A stretch of 64,000 nucleotides of DNA from NCBI GenBank assembly GCA_963715865.1, contig OY970280.1:480001-544000 (forward strand), given 5' to 3'. This DNA comes from Candidatus Bathyarchaeota archaeon (GTDB lineage: Archaea > Thermoproteota > Bathyarchaeia > Bathyarchaeales > Bathycorpusculaceae). This document shows, one piece after another, positions 9,086-18,849 of this stretch. Below the pieces are notes generated by a model. It did no database searches and was not told the DNA's origin. It worked only from the letters and a program-made list of their open reading frames with translations. Position numbers and translations under genes: made by a program. Every line of letters begins with the position of its first letter. Position 1 is the first letter of the stretch.

Positions 9086-10144
9086 TTAAACTTCCACTTC
9101 CGAGTAATCACCCACATGCAACTTGATGGTTCTGTTCCTTTGGTTTCTTGCCACCTTCGCATTTTTGCCAATTAAACTTTCCTCTAACCGTTCCACATCT
9201 TTAATGGTAACGTTTTCTTGTATAACACAATATTCAAGGTTAGAATTAAAAATTTTAGAACCATCACCCACGCTCGTGTACGGTCCAATGAAAGAGTTTT
9301 CAATCAACACGTTCTTTCCAATTACGCATGGTCCCCTGACTATACTATTTACTATTTTTGCTTCTGGTTCCATCTTGACCCTGCCGTCTATAGTGCTGTT
9401 TGTTACTGTTCCCTTAACATCACGCTGAATAAACGCATCCAGTATTTTCGCGTTAGCGGATAAAATATCATCTTTTTTGCCTGTGTCAAGCCACCAAGAG
9501 TTCAGGATTTCGGCTTTAACTGAAAATCCCATGTTAATCATTTCTTGGATTGCGTCGGTAATTTCCAATTCTCCCCGCCATGACGGCTTTATCCTTTCTA
9601 TAGCTTGATGGACTTTGTTGGAAAAGAGGTAAGTGCCAATAATGGCTAGATTCCCCATTGGCGTTTTAGGCTTTTCCACCAATTTGATAATGTTGCCCTT
9701 TTCATCAAGCTGAGCTATACCAAAACTCGACGGGTTCTCAACTTCTTTGAGAATAATAAGCGCATCAAGATGCCCACTCTTAAATTTCTTGACAAACGAG
9801 TTCAAACTTTGACCAGTAACGTTATCCCCCAAACACATGACAAAAGAATCCTGCCCTAAAAAACGCTTAGCAGTCTTAACCGCATGTGCCAAACCAAGCG
9901 GCTCCTGAGGAATATAGGTAACATTAAGGTTCCAGTTTGAGCCGTCATTAACATAGTCCTTAACAAACTGCCCAGTCTCTGGCGCAGTAATAATGCCCAC
10001 CTTTTTTATGCTTGTTGCCGCTACCTGGTCAAGAACATATCCCAATATAGGCTTGTTAGCTACTGGAATAAGCTGTTTAGCGCAAGTGAAAGTTAAAGGC
10101 CTAAGCCTAGTTCCTTTACCGCCGCTAAGAACAAGTGCTTTCAT
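9086..10144 (-). CDS. rfbA: glucose-1-phosphate thymidylyltransferase (long form)
   Basis: GGKGTRLRPLT, KQLIPVANKP, RGELEITDAI, C-terminal LbH domain. Confidence 0.95.
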   Translation of the reverse strand: MKALVLSGGKGTRLRPLTFTCAKQLIPVANKPILGYVLDQVAATSIKKVGIITAPETGQFVKDYVNDGSNWNLNVTYIPQEPLGLAHAVKTAKRFLGQDSFVMCLGDNVTGQSLNSFVKKFKSGHLDALIILKEVENPSSFGIAQLDEKGNIIKLVEKPKTPMGNLAIIGTYLFSNKVHQAIERIKPSWRGELEITDAIQEMINMGFSVKAEILNSWWLDTGKKDDILSANAKILDAFIQRDVKGTVTNSTIDGRVKMEPEAKIVNSIVRGPCVIGKNVLIENSFIGPYTSVGDGSKIFNSNLEYCVIQENVTIKDVERLEESLIGKNAKVARNQRNRTIKLHVGDYSEVEV

Positions 10145-10251
10145 GTCAATCCCTAATTATTAAGTACTGGTTTTTATTATGACTTGCTATATTACTTAAA
10201 TAAGTTTACGTTAAATCCTAACCGCGGTTTATCTTTCATTTAATTTATAAT

Positions 10252-11829
10252 CTATGCGTGAAGGATTGTCATCAATTTCTCGATGAGATTTAGCAGAAAA
10301 TGCAACGGTTTACGAAGAGGACCAAGCGCATTAATAATTTCCCGAAGAGTACTCACCTCAGCTTTGTTAACAGTTCGAATGACCAGCGCTGCAACAGTGA
10401 AAACAACCACGAAAACAATTACGCCAATGACTAATTGTATCGGACTTGAAAAAGCCAGTTGAGAAATGAGAACATATGTTAAGATGGCAGCTATTGCTGA
10501 CGAAAACAGAATCTTGGCGGAAGAAACCCAATCCACCGATACTCCAAATTGCTTTTTAATAAAACGTAAACTTATGAATAAGCCCGGAAGACTGACCGTT
10601 AACGTGGTAACAATTAAACCTATGACACCAAACTGAGAAATCAACACGAAACTCTCAGGAAAACCAATCACGGCTGTAAGAATAGCCACTTTCATGTTGA
10701 ATGTTGTGTAACCTTGTCCGTTTATCAAGGTGCCTGCACTCAAACTTCCAAAAGCAGTATAAAGATAAGTTATTGACAGTAAGGCCAAAAACAATGGCGC
10801 TTGAGCATAACTATCTTGGAATATAGTGCCAATAGCAGGTTGCGCAAGAGCAATAACCATAGCTGTAACCGGCACAACGACAAGCGCAGCATACTTCACA
10901 GAATACTGAAAAATATTCTTTAGAAGCTCCCCGTCTCTCTGAGAATCCAACTTAGAGAATGCGGGAAACAGCATGGTTGTTACGGGAGTAGCAAAGAAGG
11001 TGATCAAAACCACGAAATTTAAGGCTACGTTATAATTGCCGATAGTGGCGTTGTTTATGACATAAATTGCCAGTATGTAGCTGTAGAATTGAGTTACAAA
11101 TCCTGTAAGAATAGTGCCTATTGAAAGTGGTAAACCATACTTGAACATGGTTTTAGTAGTTGTTATAATTTCTAGTTTGCTGTGGGTTGGTTTAGGCAAA
11201 GTTTTGTACATAGTCCACATTAGAAGCACACCAGTTAACCCTGCAAATAGAACGGCAACTGTAAAACCTGTAACTGCTCCAAGAGTGCCTAAACCTAATA
11301 GTACAAGCCCAACTATCAGAACAGTTTTGATTGTTGATTGAATTATTAGCAAGACACTGTTGAGGTGCATTGTCTCCATACCCGTGAAAGCCGCAGATGC
11401 CGTATTAACCAGCGCACCGGTCAAGATGAAAAAGGAAGCGATTCGGATCAATGGAGCTATTGCGGGGCGGTTTAAGTTCATAGCTAAAAAGGGAGAGATA
11501 ACAAAAGAGAGAACGGAAAGCGATAAACCTAAAACAATCTCAAACAATAAGCCTGAAACAAAAACACTTCTTATTTTAGCCACATTGTTTTCACTGTTAT
11601 ACTGTGCAGAGTATTTTATCATGGCCGTGTTGATTCCCCAGTCCCGAAATGTGGAAATAAGGTTTGGCGCAGTAAGAGCAATTGCATATAAACCGTAGTT
11701 TTCTGGGCCTAGAAGCCGAGCGATAATTATTGTACCTACAGCTGAGATGACCGTAGAAAAAACTAAACCCCATAAGAGGTGAAAACCGCCTTTAGCTGAA
11801 ACCCTTGCCATCTCTGTAGCCTTGGTCAT
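10252..11829 (-). CDS. Wzx/MOP-family flippase
   Basis: Many hydrophobic segments, ARLLGPENYGLY motif, glycan locus context. Confidence 0.85.
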   Translation of the reverse strand: MTKATEMARVSAKGGFHLLWGLVFSTVISAVGTIIIARLLGPENYGLYAIALTAPNLISTFRDWGINTAMIKYSAQYNSENNVAKIRSVFVSGLLFEIVLGLSLSVLSFVISPFLAMNLNRPAIAPLIRIASFFILTGALVNTASAAFTGMETMHLNSVLLIIQSTIKTVLIVGLVLLGLGTLGAVTGFTVAVLFAGLTGVLLMWTMYKTLPKPTHSKLEIITTTKTMFKYGLPLSIGTILTGFVTQFYSYILAIYVINNATIGNYNVALNFVVLITFFATPVTTMLFPAFSKLDSQRDGELLKNIFQYSVKYAALVVVPVTAMVIALAQPAIGTIFQDSYAQAPLFLALLSITYLYTAFGSLSAGTLINGQGYTTFNMKVAILTAVIGFPESFVLISQFGVIGLIVTTLTVSLPGLFISLRFIKKQFGVSVDWVSSAKILFSSAIAAILTYVLISQLAFSSPIQLVIGVIVFVVVFTVAALVIRTVNKAEVSTLREIINALGPLRKPLHFLLNLIEKLMTILHA

Positions 11830-12678
11830 GTTTCTTTCCCATGTTTGCTGTTGACTTGTAAGTTAACTGTTGTTGGTGGAGTGATGTTTATCGCTTTTGG
11901 TTTTAATATATTGGAATTAGTGATAACTTTTGTGGTTGTCTTGTTTTTGGTTTTCTTGTACGTGAATGGTTGTGTTTTTGCCTAGGATGCAGGATGCTGC
12001 TTTGAAAGGGTTGATTGAGGAAGAGTTGAATAAGTCGGTTTCTTTGCAGAGATGATGGACACTGAAAAGTGTGTGTTTTGCGCTAGATTTTTTGGTTTCG
12101 GCGTGATAACGCATTTCCTAAGTAACGGTGACACCATTTAAGAATACTAAAAAGCACTCAGAAAAAGAACAAAGGGGTAAACTAAAAAATAACAAGTTAA
12201 ATTAACGTTTAATGGTAAGCATATGGCCCTTATGGTTGACCATCCTATGTATTCTTAGGTCTTCGGGATTAGAAAAATGGGCTGCGCATATTCTACATTT
12301 AAATGACTCACTAAACAGGTTTTTGTAAGGTAACATCAAATCTCACTTTCTAACTATTGACTTTGCAAAAAATCGCTTCTTACAAGTCTTAATTAAAGAC
12401 CGCTCCGCCACTTATAAACCAATGATTATTCTTTCCAAAATAGCTATTACATATTGCTCTTCAGATTCGTTTTTAACTCATCTGAATGAAGTCCTAAAGA
12501 CCTGCCAAAAAAGTTTAGGACCTATTAACATTCAGATTCCAACGTTTCCGCAAATAAACCAAATCAATGGAAGGTTTGTTAACAAGTTTATAGGCATACT
12601 CAAATAGTAATTGTTCATAATAAAAGCCATAAAACAGCAGTATATTCCTAGAAAAAAGAGCCAGAGAGGACTACACTA

Positions 12679-12828
12679 ATGAAAAAAACGAAATTGAAAG
12701 CTAAAGGAAAAAGATATTACAAAAACGCCCACGGAAACGTGTACAGAATAAGACCTAATTTTAAACTTAATAAAAAGATTCTGCTAAGAAAAAGACAAAG
12801 AGCACTAAAGGCACAAATTAGCGGCTAA
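12679..12828 (+). CDS. putative 49 aa basic microprotein
   Basis: MKKTKLKAKGKRYYK...; GAGAGGA upstream; 18 of 49 residues K/R. Confidence 0.3.
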   Translation: MKKTKLKAKGKRYYKNAHGNVYRIRPNFKLNKKILLRKRQRALKAQISG

Positions 12829-13028
12829 TTTTTACCATTTTAGTTTTAATTTGCTTATAAGTACGACGACACACTTCTAAGTAAAGAGCTTCTCCGTTCT
12901 CTGGGGCTAAAACCTACTGAGTGACCGACTCTTTTCAAATATAAAATAAAGACAAAAAGTTGAACATGCTAACAAGCAAGAGATATCAGATGGATAAAGC
13001 TACTGCCACTTTTGGTTAGGTGTAGCTT

Positions 13029-13145
13029 TTGAGTAGGCCCAGACAAAAGCGCTTTGAAAGAACAGAATGCAAAAATTGCATGTACAAAGCAAGCCCCTAC
13101 TGCTGGAACCAGTGTCCATTTAACATCTGGCAAAACCAAGCTTAA
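13029..13145 (+). CDS. putative 38 aa four-cysteine microprotein
   Basis: TTG start; MSRPRQKRFERTECKNCMYKASPYCWNQCPFNIWQNQA; AGGTG upstream. Confidence 0.4.
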   Translation: MSRPRQKRFERTECKNCMYKASPYCWNQCPFNIWQNQA

Positions 13146-13150
13146 GCTTT

Positions 13151-13396
13151 TTATTCAATCATTCCGTTTGGGTGTTTACCCATCCAGTTCAAGGCGAAAG
13201 CTTCAGCTTTAGTCTCCTTGGAGAACTCGGGCGAAATTTTTTTGCTTTCAGCTTTATTGGTTTGCTCTCCAATAAATAGCAATATATGATAGTTTTCGCT
13301 GAATTCTTTTTTTGCTACGATCAGAGTTTGTCCTGTATTTTCGTTAATATAGCCGCCTTGATTGCTTATTTTCTTCCATCCTTTAATGATCTTCAG
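13151..13396 (-). CDS. hypothetical 81 aa protein, probable CTG start
   Basis: Open frame (M)KIIKGWKKISNQGGYINENTGQTLIV...NWMGKHPNGMIE with no ATG/GTG/TTG start near its 5' end. Confidence 0.5.
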   Translation of the reverse strand: MKIIKGWKKISNQGGYINENTGQTLIVAKKEFSENYHILLFIGEQTNKAESKKISPEFSKETKAEAFALNWMGKHPNGMIE

Positions 13397-13480
13397 TTTT
13401 ATTTCGTCTTCTTGTAACTCTATTACAAGCTTTAATTGCCATTAGGAGTTAGAAGTTAAAGTAAATAAAAGACGCTTAGG

Positions 13481-13675
13481 CTATTTTCTTCGTCGTGCCC
13501 ACGCCTGTTTTGGCTCAAAATTATTGCTACTATTTGTCCTTAGGGGTTGACTGGTTAAGCGTTTGGAAAAGCAAGTTTTACAGTAAACTGGCTTGCCTGG
13601 AGTGGGCTTGAAGGGTACAATGGCGATTTGATTGCAAGAAGTGCATTTTACTTCGTAACTGTTTCTTTGAGACAT
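13481..13675 (-). CDS. CxxC-x17-CxxC domain protein
   Basis: CTSC...VPFKP..GKPVYCKTC; GAGGTG RBS upstream. Confidence 0.85.
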   Translation of the reverse strand: MSQRNSYEVKCTSCNQIAIVPFKPTPGKPVYCKTCFSKRLTSQPLRTNSSNNFEPKQAWARRRK

Positions 13676-14252
13676 TTTTTCACCTCGTTTAACCTATCGT
13701 TAAGGAGAAAATTCTCAGTGACTTTGGATTTGGAAATCTTAAATTGTTTATAAGTTAAGCTTTTTCGCCTCTTTTCTTATTATCTGTATAGCTTTTCTTT
13801 CCTGCTTTCTTTCTTAACACACAATTTAGCCGTACAGAAGATTTGCATCTGCGACAGCTTTTAACTAAACCTGCTCTTAACATACACATTTTCATTTACC
13901 TATGTCATTTTTTGAAAAGAATCAGTTATACGGAAGGGTAAGCCCAAGAGGATAAAAGAAACTCTTCAACTATGAGTGCTGCTACCATGCTTATAAAGGC
14001 ATATATGAGGAAATGCTTTTTTAGTATAATAAAAAGCTTTTTTGCAGATAAATTTAGCAAACGTAAAATAAACCATAGAAAAACGTTTTGTGTCTTAGCT
14101 ATGCTAATATAGTCCACTAAATACTTTATTGTACAACGGTTAGAATTCTTTAGAGGAAAAGTCAGATCGGCTGTTCGCACGTTTTTACTTTTTCTCCAGA
14201 TTGTTCTGATTATAAGGTTTCGGTATAAGCCAGAAAAAAGAGGTGTATAGAA

Positions 14253-14558
14253 ATGGGTAAAAGAAAAATTACAAATGAGGGCAACCTCGAAAGTATGATC
14301 TTGCCTTCCTCAAATGACGTATTAGGTATGGCCGTTAAGATGCTTGGGGCAGAAAGAATTATGGTTAAATGCCAAGACGGTAAAGAACGATTATGTCGAG
14401 TTCGCGGTAAACTCAAAAGGCGTGTATGGATCCGAGAAGGAGACATCGTTTTGGTTTCACCTTGGGATTTTCAAAAAGAAACGAGAGGAGACATTTTCTG
14501 GCGTTACCGTAAAAATCAGTCTGATTGGCTTAGAGACCACAATTACCTTAAAATGTAA
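14253..14558 (+). CDS. eif1a: translation initiation factor aIF-1A
   Basis: [38 protein letters not shown]. Confidence 0.95.
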   Translation: MGKRKITNEGNLESMILPSSNDVLGMAVKMLGAERIMVKCQDGKERLCRVRGKLKRRVWIREGDIVLVSPWDFQKETRGDIFWRYRKNQSDWLRDHNYLKM

Positions 14559-14577
14559 AGAAAGAGGGGCTGAAAAT

Positions 14578-14748
14578 ATTATTCTAAAATGTTCAGAATG
14601 CGGAAATACTTTCAAACGGGATGGTCTTAAAGATGGCGAGATAGTGGCTTGTCCAATTTGCGAAGCTGACTATAAAATATTAGTTAAAGATGGGAAAGTG
14701 CATTTACAAGATTACGTTTATGAAAGTAAAGACTTAGGCGAACTATAA
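14578..14748 (+). CDS. LysW-like zinc-ribbon protein
   Basis: CSEC...[11 protein letters not shown]...ESKDLGEL; likely ATT start after GAGGGG. Confidence 0.6.
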   Translation: MILKCSECGNTFKRDGLKDGEIVACPICEADYKILVKDGKVHLQDYVYESKDLGEL

Positions 14749-14894
14749 AATGGCATGCTTTTAGCTCCTGTAGGATAGAAGGTTATATTAACTATAAACG
14801 ACGTATATATATAGGGAATGAACTGAAGTTTTTGGGCTTCCTCCCGAAGTCTGATGGCTTTTGAGATAGACTTGTCTACCTCTGCATTCTGAAG

Positions 14895-15446
14895 TTGATT
14901 AAAATGAGTGTTGAAGATAAAACTGAATTTATAATGGCTATTCGCAGCTATAAATGTACAAAAACAGAAAGACGCTTAGACCGTACTGATGTAACAGCGT
15001 CGAATGCGTCAAATGAGAAAATACTTTTGCGCTCAATAGAGTCGCAAGGAGCTGGATTTGTTGGAGTAGATGAAGTCAAGAATATGATTAAAGTGATGAA
15101 ACATGAAAATTACAACAGTGGCATTCTTATCAGTAAAAGATTCACTACCGCCGCAGTTCAAGAAATGAGACAAGAAAACATCCAGCAAGTTTCAGATGGA
15201 TATATGCCTCCGTTTGATACAGAAAAACTCTACTTGGCAATAACTAATTGCGTAAATGAGAATTGCAAAGTAAAATGTGGTAAAATTCCGTTGAAGAAAT
15301 CTGATTGCAAGGGGCATCTTAATGGTAGCTTTTGCAGAGTAAGGGCACTTAGCGATAATTCCTCGTTTCACTTTGAACATGGCTGGATAGACCTTATGAA
15401 AAACGATCTTAAGCAACTTTTGTCATTAAGTAAGTCTATCCAGTAA
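14895..15446 (+). CDS. Mrr-like restriction-endonuclease-fold protein with Cys-rich tail
   Basis: VGVDEVKNM...GILISKRFTTAA resembles the Mrr catalytic domain C-terminal half. Confidence 0.6.
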   Translation: MIKMSVEDKTEFIMAIRSYKCTKTERRLDRTDVTASNASNEKILLRSIESQGAGFVGVDEVKNMIKVMKHENYNSGILISKRFTTAAVQEMRQENIQQVSDGYMPPFDTEKLYLAITNCVNENCKVKCGKIPLKKSDCKGHLNGSFCRVRALSDNSSFHFEHGWIDLMKNDLKQLLSLSKSIQ

Positions 15447-15528
15447 AAATATTGGCTTAATAATAAGTTGCTTTTATTGAAATCGCATCATTTAGGAAGA
15501 AAAAGAATTAATTTTTTTGAAACAAAAA

Positions 15529-15798
15529 CTAACTCAACAATTCAACTATTGTACCTATCGCTTGACCTGGAACCCCATGCGCGAATTTTACTCGAACCAT
15601 ACCGTTTCTGCCATGTGCACCCATAATTTTTCCAACAAACTTATCGGTACCTTTTTTCCAGATTACCTTTTGCCCTACGAGTTGGCCTGCCAAAGATGCG
15701 GAATCAATCGTTTCAAATTCAATTAAGCATTCTCTTGATGCTTGTGCTTTTAAGCCTATTCTGTAATTAACTATTCTTCCATATACTGTTTGAGCCAA
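15529..15798 (-). CDS. rpl35ae: 50S ribosomal protein L35Ae
   Basis: GRIVNYRIG, GKIMGAHGRNGMVRVKF, PGQAIG. Confidence 0.93.
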   Translation of the reverse strand: MAQTVYGRIVNYRIGLKAQASRECLIEFETIDSASLAGQLVGQKVIWKKGTDKFVGKIMGAHGRNGMVRVKFAHGVPGQAIGTIVELLS

Positions 15799-16172
15799 AA
15801 ATATTCACCACTTAGCTTTCCCTGTTAAGGTACACTAGCTAATAAAGCTGTTCTACTTGGCTTGGAGGACGCTACCGATTTTTTTAACAGCTAATTCTAG
15901 CAAATCTATGGTTTCCTGAACTTTCATTGTTACTTTTTTTATTATTCCATCGCCATGGGAAAATACGTATCAGATTTTTTTTGAAAATTTTTTCCGGTTT
16001 TTACCTTGGAATTACTGCTAGGAACGGTTCTGGTTCAGTTTCTTTGCTAGCATAACACGCCAGCGCTAAGGCGAAAAAGTTGGTCGTCATGCCTACCTTT
16101 TGGATGGTGGAATTTGATGTATGCGTTTTCATTACTCAATTTAAAATGTCCATTGTGAGAGCTCTAATTGGT

Positions 16173-17513
16173 CTACTGTCCTAATCCTATAGCGACGAAT
16201 TTCATTTTTCTGCTGAAAATTTTAGGATCATAGATCCTTCTTCCGTCAATCAGTACAGGTTGCTTCATGTTTCTTGTGAAATCTTCGGGCATGAGCTTTT
16301 TAAATTCAGGCCATTCTGTCACGATTATGCAACAGTCCGCTTTTTTGAGGCAGCCTATTGCTGAGGTGGCATATTGGATTTTGTTGTTGAAGATGACTTT
16401 TGCAACGGGTATAGCGACTGGGTCGTAAGCGGTTACGTTTGCACCTTCTTCTAAGAGTTGGTTTATTATCGGTATGACTCGAGCTTCTCTCATGTCATCT
16501 GTGTCTGCTTTGAATGCTAAGCCTAGAATTGCTATGCGTTTACCTTCTAGGTTGCCGAGTTGTTCTTTGCAGAATTGGATTGCTTTTAGGGGTTGAGTTT
16601 TGTTTACGTCTTCGACGGCGTCTAGTAGTTTTAGTGGGTAGCCGAGGTTTTTTGAGTATGCCATGAGGGCTTTTACGTCTTTGGGAAAACATGAACCGCC
16701 GTAGCCTAGTCCAGCGTTTAGGAATAGTGGGCCGATTCTTTTGTCTAGTCCCATGGCGGTGGCTACAGTTTTTACGTCTGCGCCGGGGATTTTTTCGCAT
16801 ATGTTGGCGATGGTGTTGATGAAGCTGATTTTTGTGGCGAGTAAGGAGTTGCTGGCGTACTTGATCAGTTCGGCTGTTGAGAGTGTGGTTCTGATTGTTG
16901 GGGGCGCATTTTTGGCGTAGAAGTCTTTGTAAAGGTTTTCTAAGGTGTCACCAGATTTCTTGTCGTATTCGCCTATGACTATGCGGTCGGTGTGCATTGT
17001 GTCTTCGAAGGCGGAGCCTTGGCGTAGGAATTCTGGGCTCATGCATAAACCAAAGTCTGGGCCACATTTCTTTTTTGATTCTTTTTCAAGGATTGGTTTG
17101 ACCAGATCTTGTGTTGTTCCTGGGACAACGGTGCTTTTTATTACTACCACGTGGTATGTACTTTTTTTGTGGAGCGCCTTTCCCATGTCGCGTGATGATG
17201 TTTCTATGAATTGTAGGTCTATGCTGCCGTCTGGTCTGCTGGGGGTTCCCACGGCGTTAAAGGTTAGGTCTGTTTCGAGGACGGCTTTTTCTGTTTGATC
17301 AATTAAACATTTTAGATAGCCATTTTGGACGGTTTTTTCAAGCAGATTTTGAAGGCTGGGTTCGTGAAATGGTGGGATTCCTTGATTTATTTTGGCTGCT
17401 TTTTCGGCGTCATGAGTCGAAGCGATGACGTTGTAGCCTTTGCTGGCAAATCCAACGGCGGTGCACAAGCCTACGTAGCCTATGCCTAAAACAGATATGT
17501 TAGGTTTTTCCAT
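16173..17513 (-). CDS. ugd: UDP-glucose 6-dehydrogenase
   Basis: GIGYVGL, SPEFLRQG, GYGGSCFPKD, GLAFKADTDDMRE. Confidence 0.94.
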   Translation of the reverse strand: MEKPNISVLGIGYVGLCTAVGFASKGYNVIASTHDAEKAAKINQGIPPFHEPSLQNLLEKTVQNGYLKCLIDQTEKAVLETDLTFNAVGTPSRPDGSIDLQFIETSSRDMGKALHKKSTYHVVVIKSTVVPGTTQDLVKPILEKESKKKCGPDFGLCMSPEFLRQGSAFEDTMHTDRIVIGEYDKKSGDTLENLYKDFYAKNAPPTIRTTLSTAELIKYASNSLLATKISFINTIANICEKIPGADVKTVATAMGLDKRIGPLFLNAGLGYGGSCFPKDVKALMAYSKNLGYPLKLLDAVEDVNKTQPLKAIQFCKEQLGNLEGKRIAILGLAFKADTDDMREARVIPIINQLLEEGANVTAYDPVAIPVAKVIFNNKIQYATSAIGCLKKADCCIIVTEWPEFKKLMPEDFTRNMKQPVLIDGRRIYDPKIFSRKMKFVAIGLGQ

Positions 17514-17601
17514 GAGTTTGATTCCTCAATTTAGTGTAATGATTCGTTTTCAATCTTCATTGAGTATATATTAGTTATGGCGGAAAGGTTAGAAAAAAAT
17601 T

Positions 17602-17652
17602 TTGATAATTCGTAAAGTTGTTGTTCCGGCTGCAGGTTTGGGAACGCGTTTG
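17602..17652 (+). pseudogene. 5' fragment of a galU paralogue
   Basis: MIIRKVVVPAAGLGTRL versus MMIRKVIIPAAGLGTRL at 17977. Confidence 0.8.
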
Positions 17653-17891
17653 TGCTTTTTCTGTTTGGTTAACTAAGCATTTCAGATTGCCTTTTTGTAC
17701 ACTATCCTTAAGCTTTTCTTGGAGCCCAGGCTCATGGAATGGGGGAAAACCCTTGTTAATTTTTGCCGCTTTCTCAGCATCAACATCTGAAGTGATAACA
17801 TTATAGTTTGGCTTGCGAAGCCAACCGCAGTGCATAGGCCTACGTAGCCAGCGCCTATAACCGAGATTTTTGTTTGTTTTTTCAAAGGCAA
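17653..17891 (-). pseudogene. frameshifted 5' fragment of a ugd paralogue
   Basis: KISVIGAGYVGLCTAVGFAS, frameshift, YNVITSDVDAEKAAKINKGFPPFHEP...TEKA. Confidence 0.85.
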
Positions 17892-17976
17892 ACCCTCAAA
17901 TTAATTGTTAATTTGGATTAAATATTCATATTAAATATATATGGGTTAACATAAGAACAGAGAGGCAAGAGGACGT

Positions 17977-18849
17977 TTGATGATTCGCAAGGTTATAATT
18001 CCTGCTGCAGGCTTGGGAACGCGCTTGTTTCCAGCTACTAAGGAGCAGCCTAAAGAGATGCTTCCAATTTTCTCTAAAACAATGCATGGTGACATGTCAG
18101 TAAAACCCGTGGTGCAGCTGGTTTTTGAGCAACTGTATGATGCGGGTCTCCGAGAATTTTGCTACGTGGTGGGCAGAGGAAAACGAGGCATAGAAGACCA
18201 CTTTACTCCTGACGCAAATTGTGTTAGAAACCTTGAGGGCATGGGCAAAAACGGCCAAGCATCGGACCTTGAGGATTTTTACCAAAAACTCAATACGTCC
18301 ACCATCATGTACGTGAACCAGCCTGAGCCGAAGGGGTTTGGCAACGCGGTTTTGATGGCGCAACCCTTTGTGCAGAACGAGAGTTGCCTTGTTCACGCTG
18401 GAGATAGCTGCATTATATCAAAAGACATGGATTACATCAGAAAGCTGTTGGATGCGTACGAGAGGCTTAATGCGGATGCAGCGTTCATCGCGTTGGAAAT
18501 TGAGAAACCAAAGCAATATGGCATCATCGAAGGAAACGAAGTTGAAAACGGAGTATACAAAGTAAAAACTGTAGTTGAGAAGCCTGAGAAACCTAAGACG
18601 AACTTGGCAGTCATGGCTATGTACGTCTTTCACCCAGTCATCTTTAAGGCGTTAGAAGCAACTAAACCAGGCAAAAACGGGGAAATCCAGTTGACAGACG
18701 CGATACAGAAGCTCATAGATTGGGGATTAAGCGTGTACGCAGTCAAGCTCGACAAAAACTATGCGCACCTGGACATTGGCAGTCCAGAAAGGTACTGGGA
18801 AGCCCTAGAGCTATCGTACAGGCAATTTTGCAGGAGAACAAATGTATGA
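17977..18849 (+). CDS. galU: UTP-glucose-1-phosphate uridylyltransferase
   Basis: PAAGLGTRLFPATKEQPKEMLP, QPEPKGFGNAV, GEIQLTDAI. Confidence 0.92.
   Translation: MMIRKVIIPAAGLGTRLFPATKEQPKEMLPIFSKTMHGDMSVKPVVQLVFEQLYDAGLREFCYVVGRGKRGIEDHFTPDANCVRNLEGMGKNGQASDLEDFYQKLNTSTIMYVNQPEPKGFGNAVLMAQPFVQNESCLVHAGDSCIISKDMDYIRKLLDAYERLNADAAFIALEIEKPKQYGIIEGNEVENGVYKVKTVVEKPEKPKTNLAVMAMYVFHPVIFKALEATKPGKNGEIQLTDAIQKLIDWGLSVYAVKLDKNYAHLDIGSPERYWEALELSYRQFCRRTNV

Noticed and set aside
11917-12607. ORFs of 65 and 61 aa
   Set aside because: No motif or RBS support; AT-rich spacer, possibly decayed DNA.
14344-14577. Upstream part of the 134 aa ORF
   Set aside because: Alternate frame inside aIF-1A; only the last 56 codons look real.
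15840-16100. Broken short minus-strand frames before rpl35ae
   Set aside because: Possible pseudogene but no family could be assigned.
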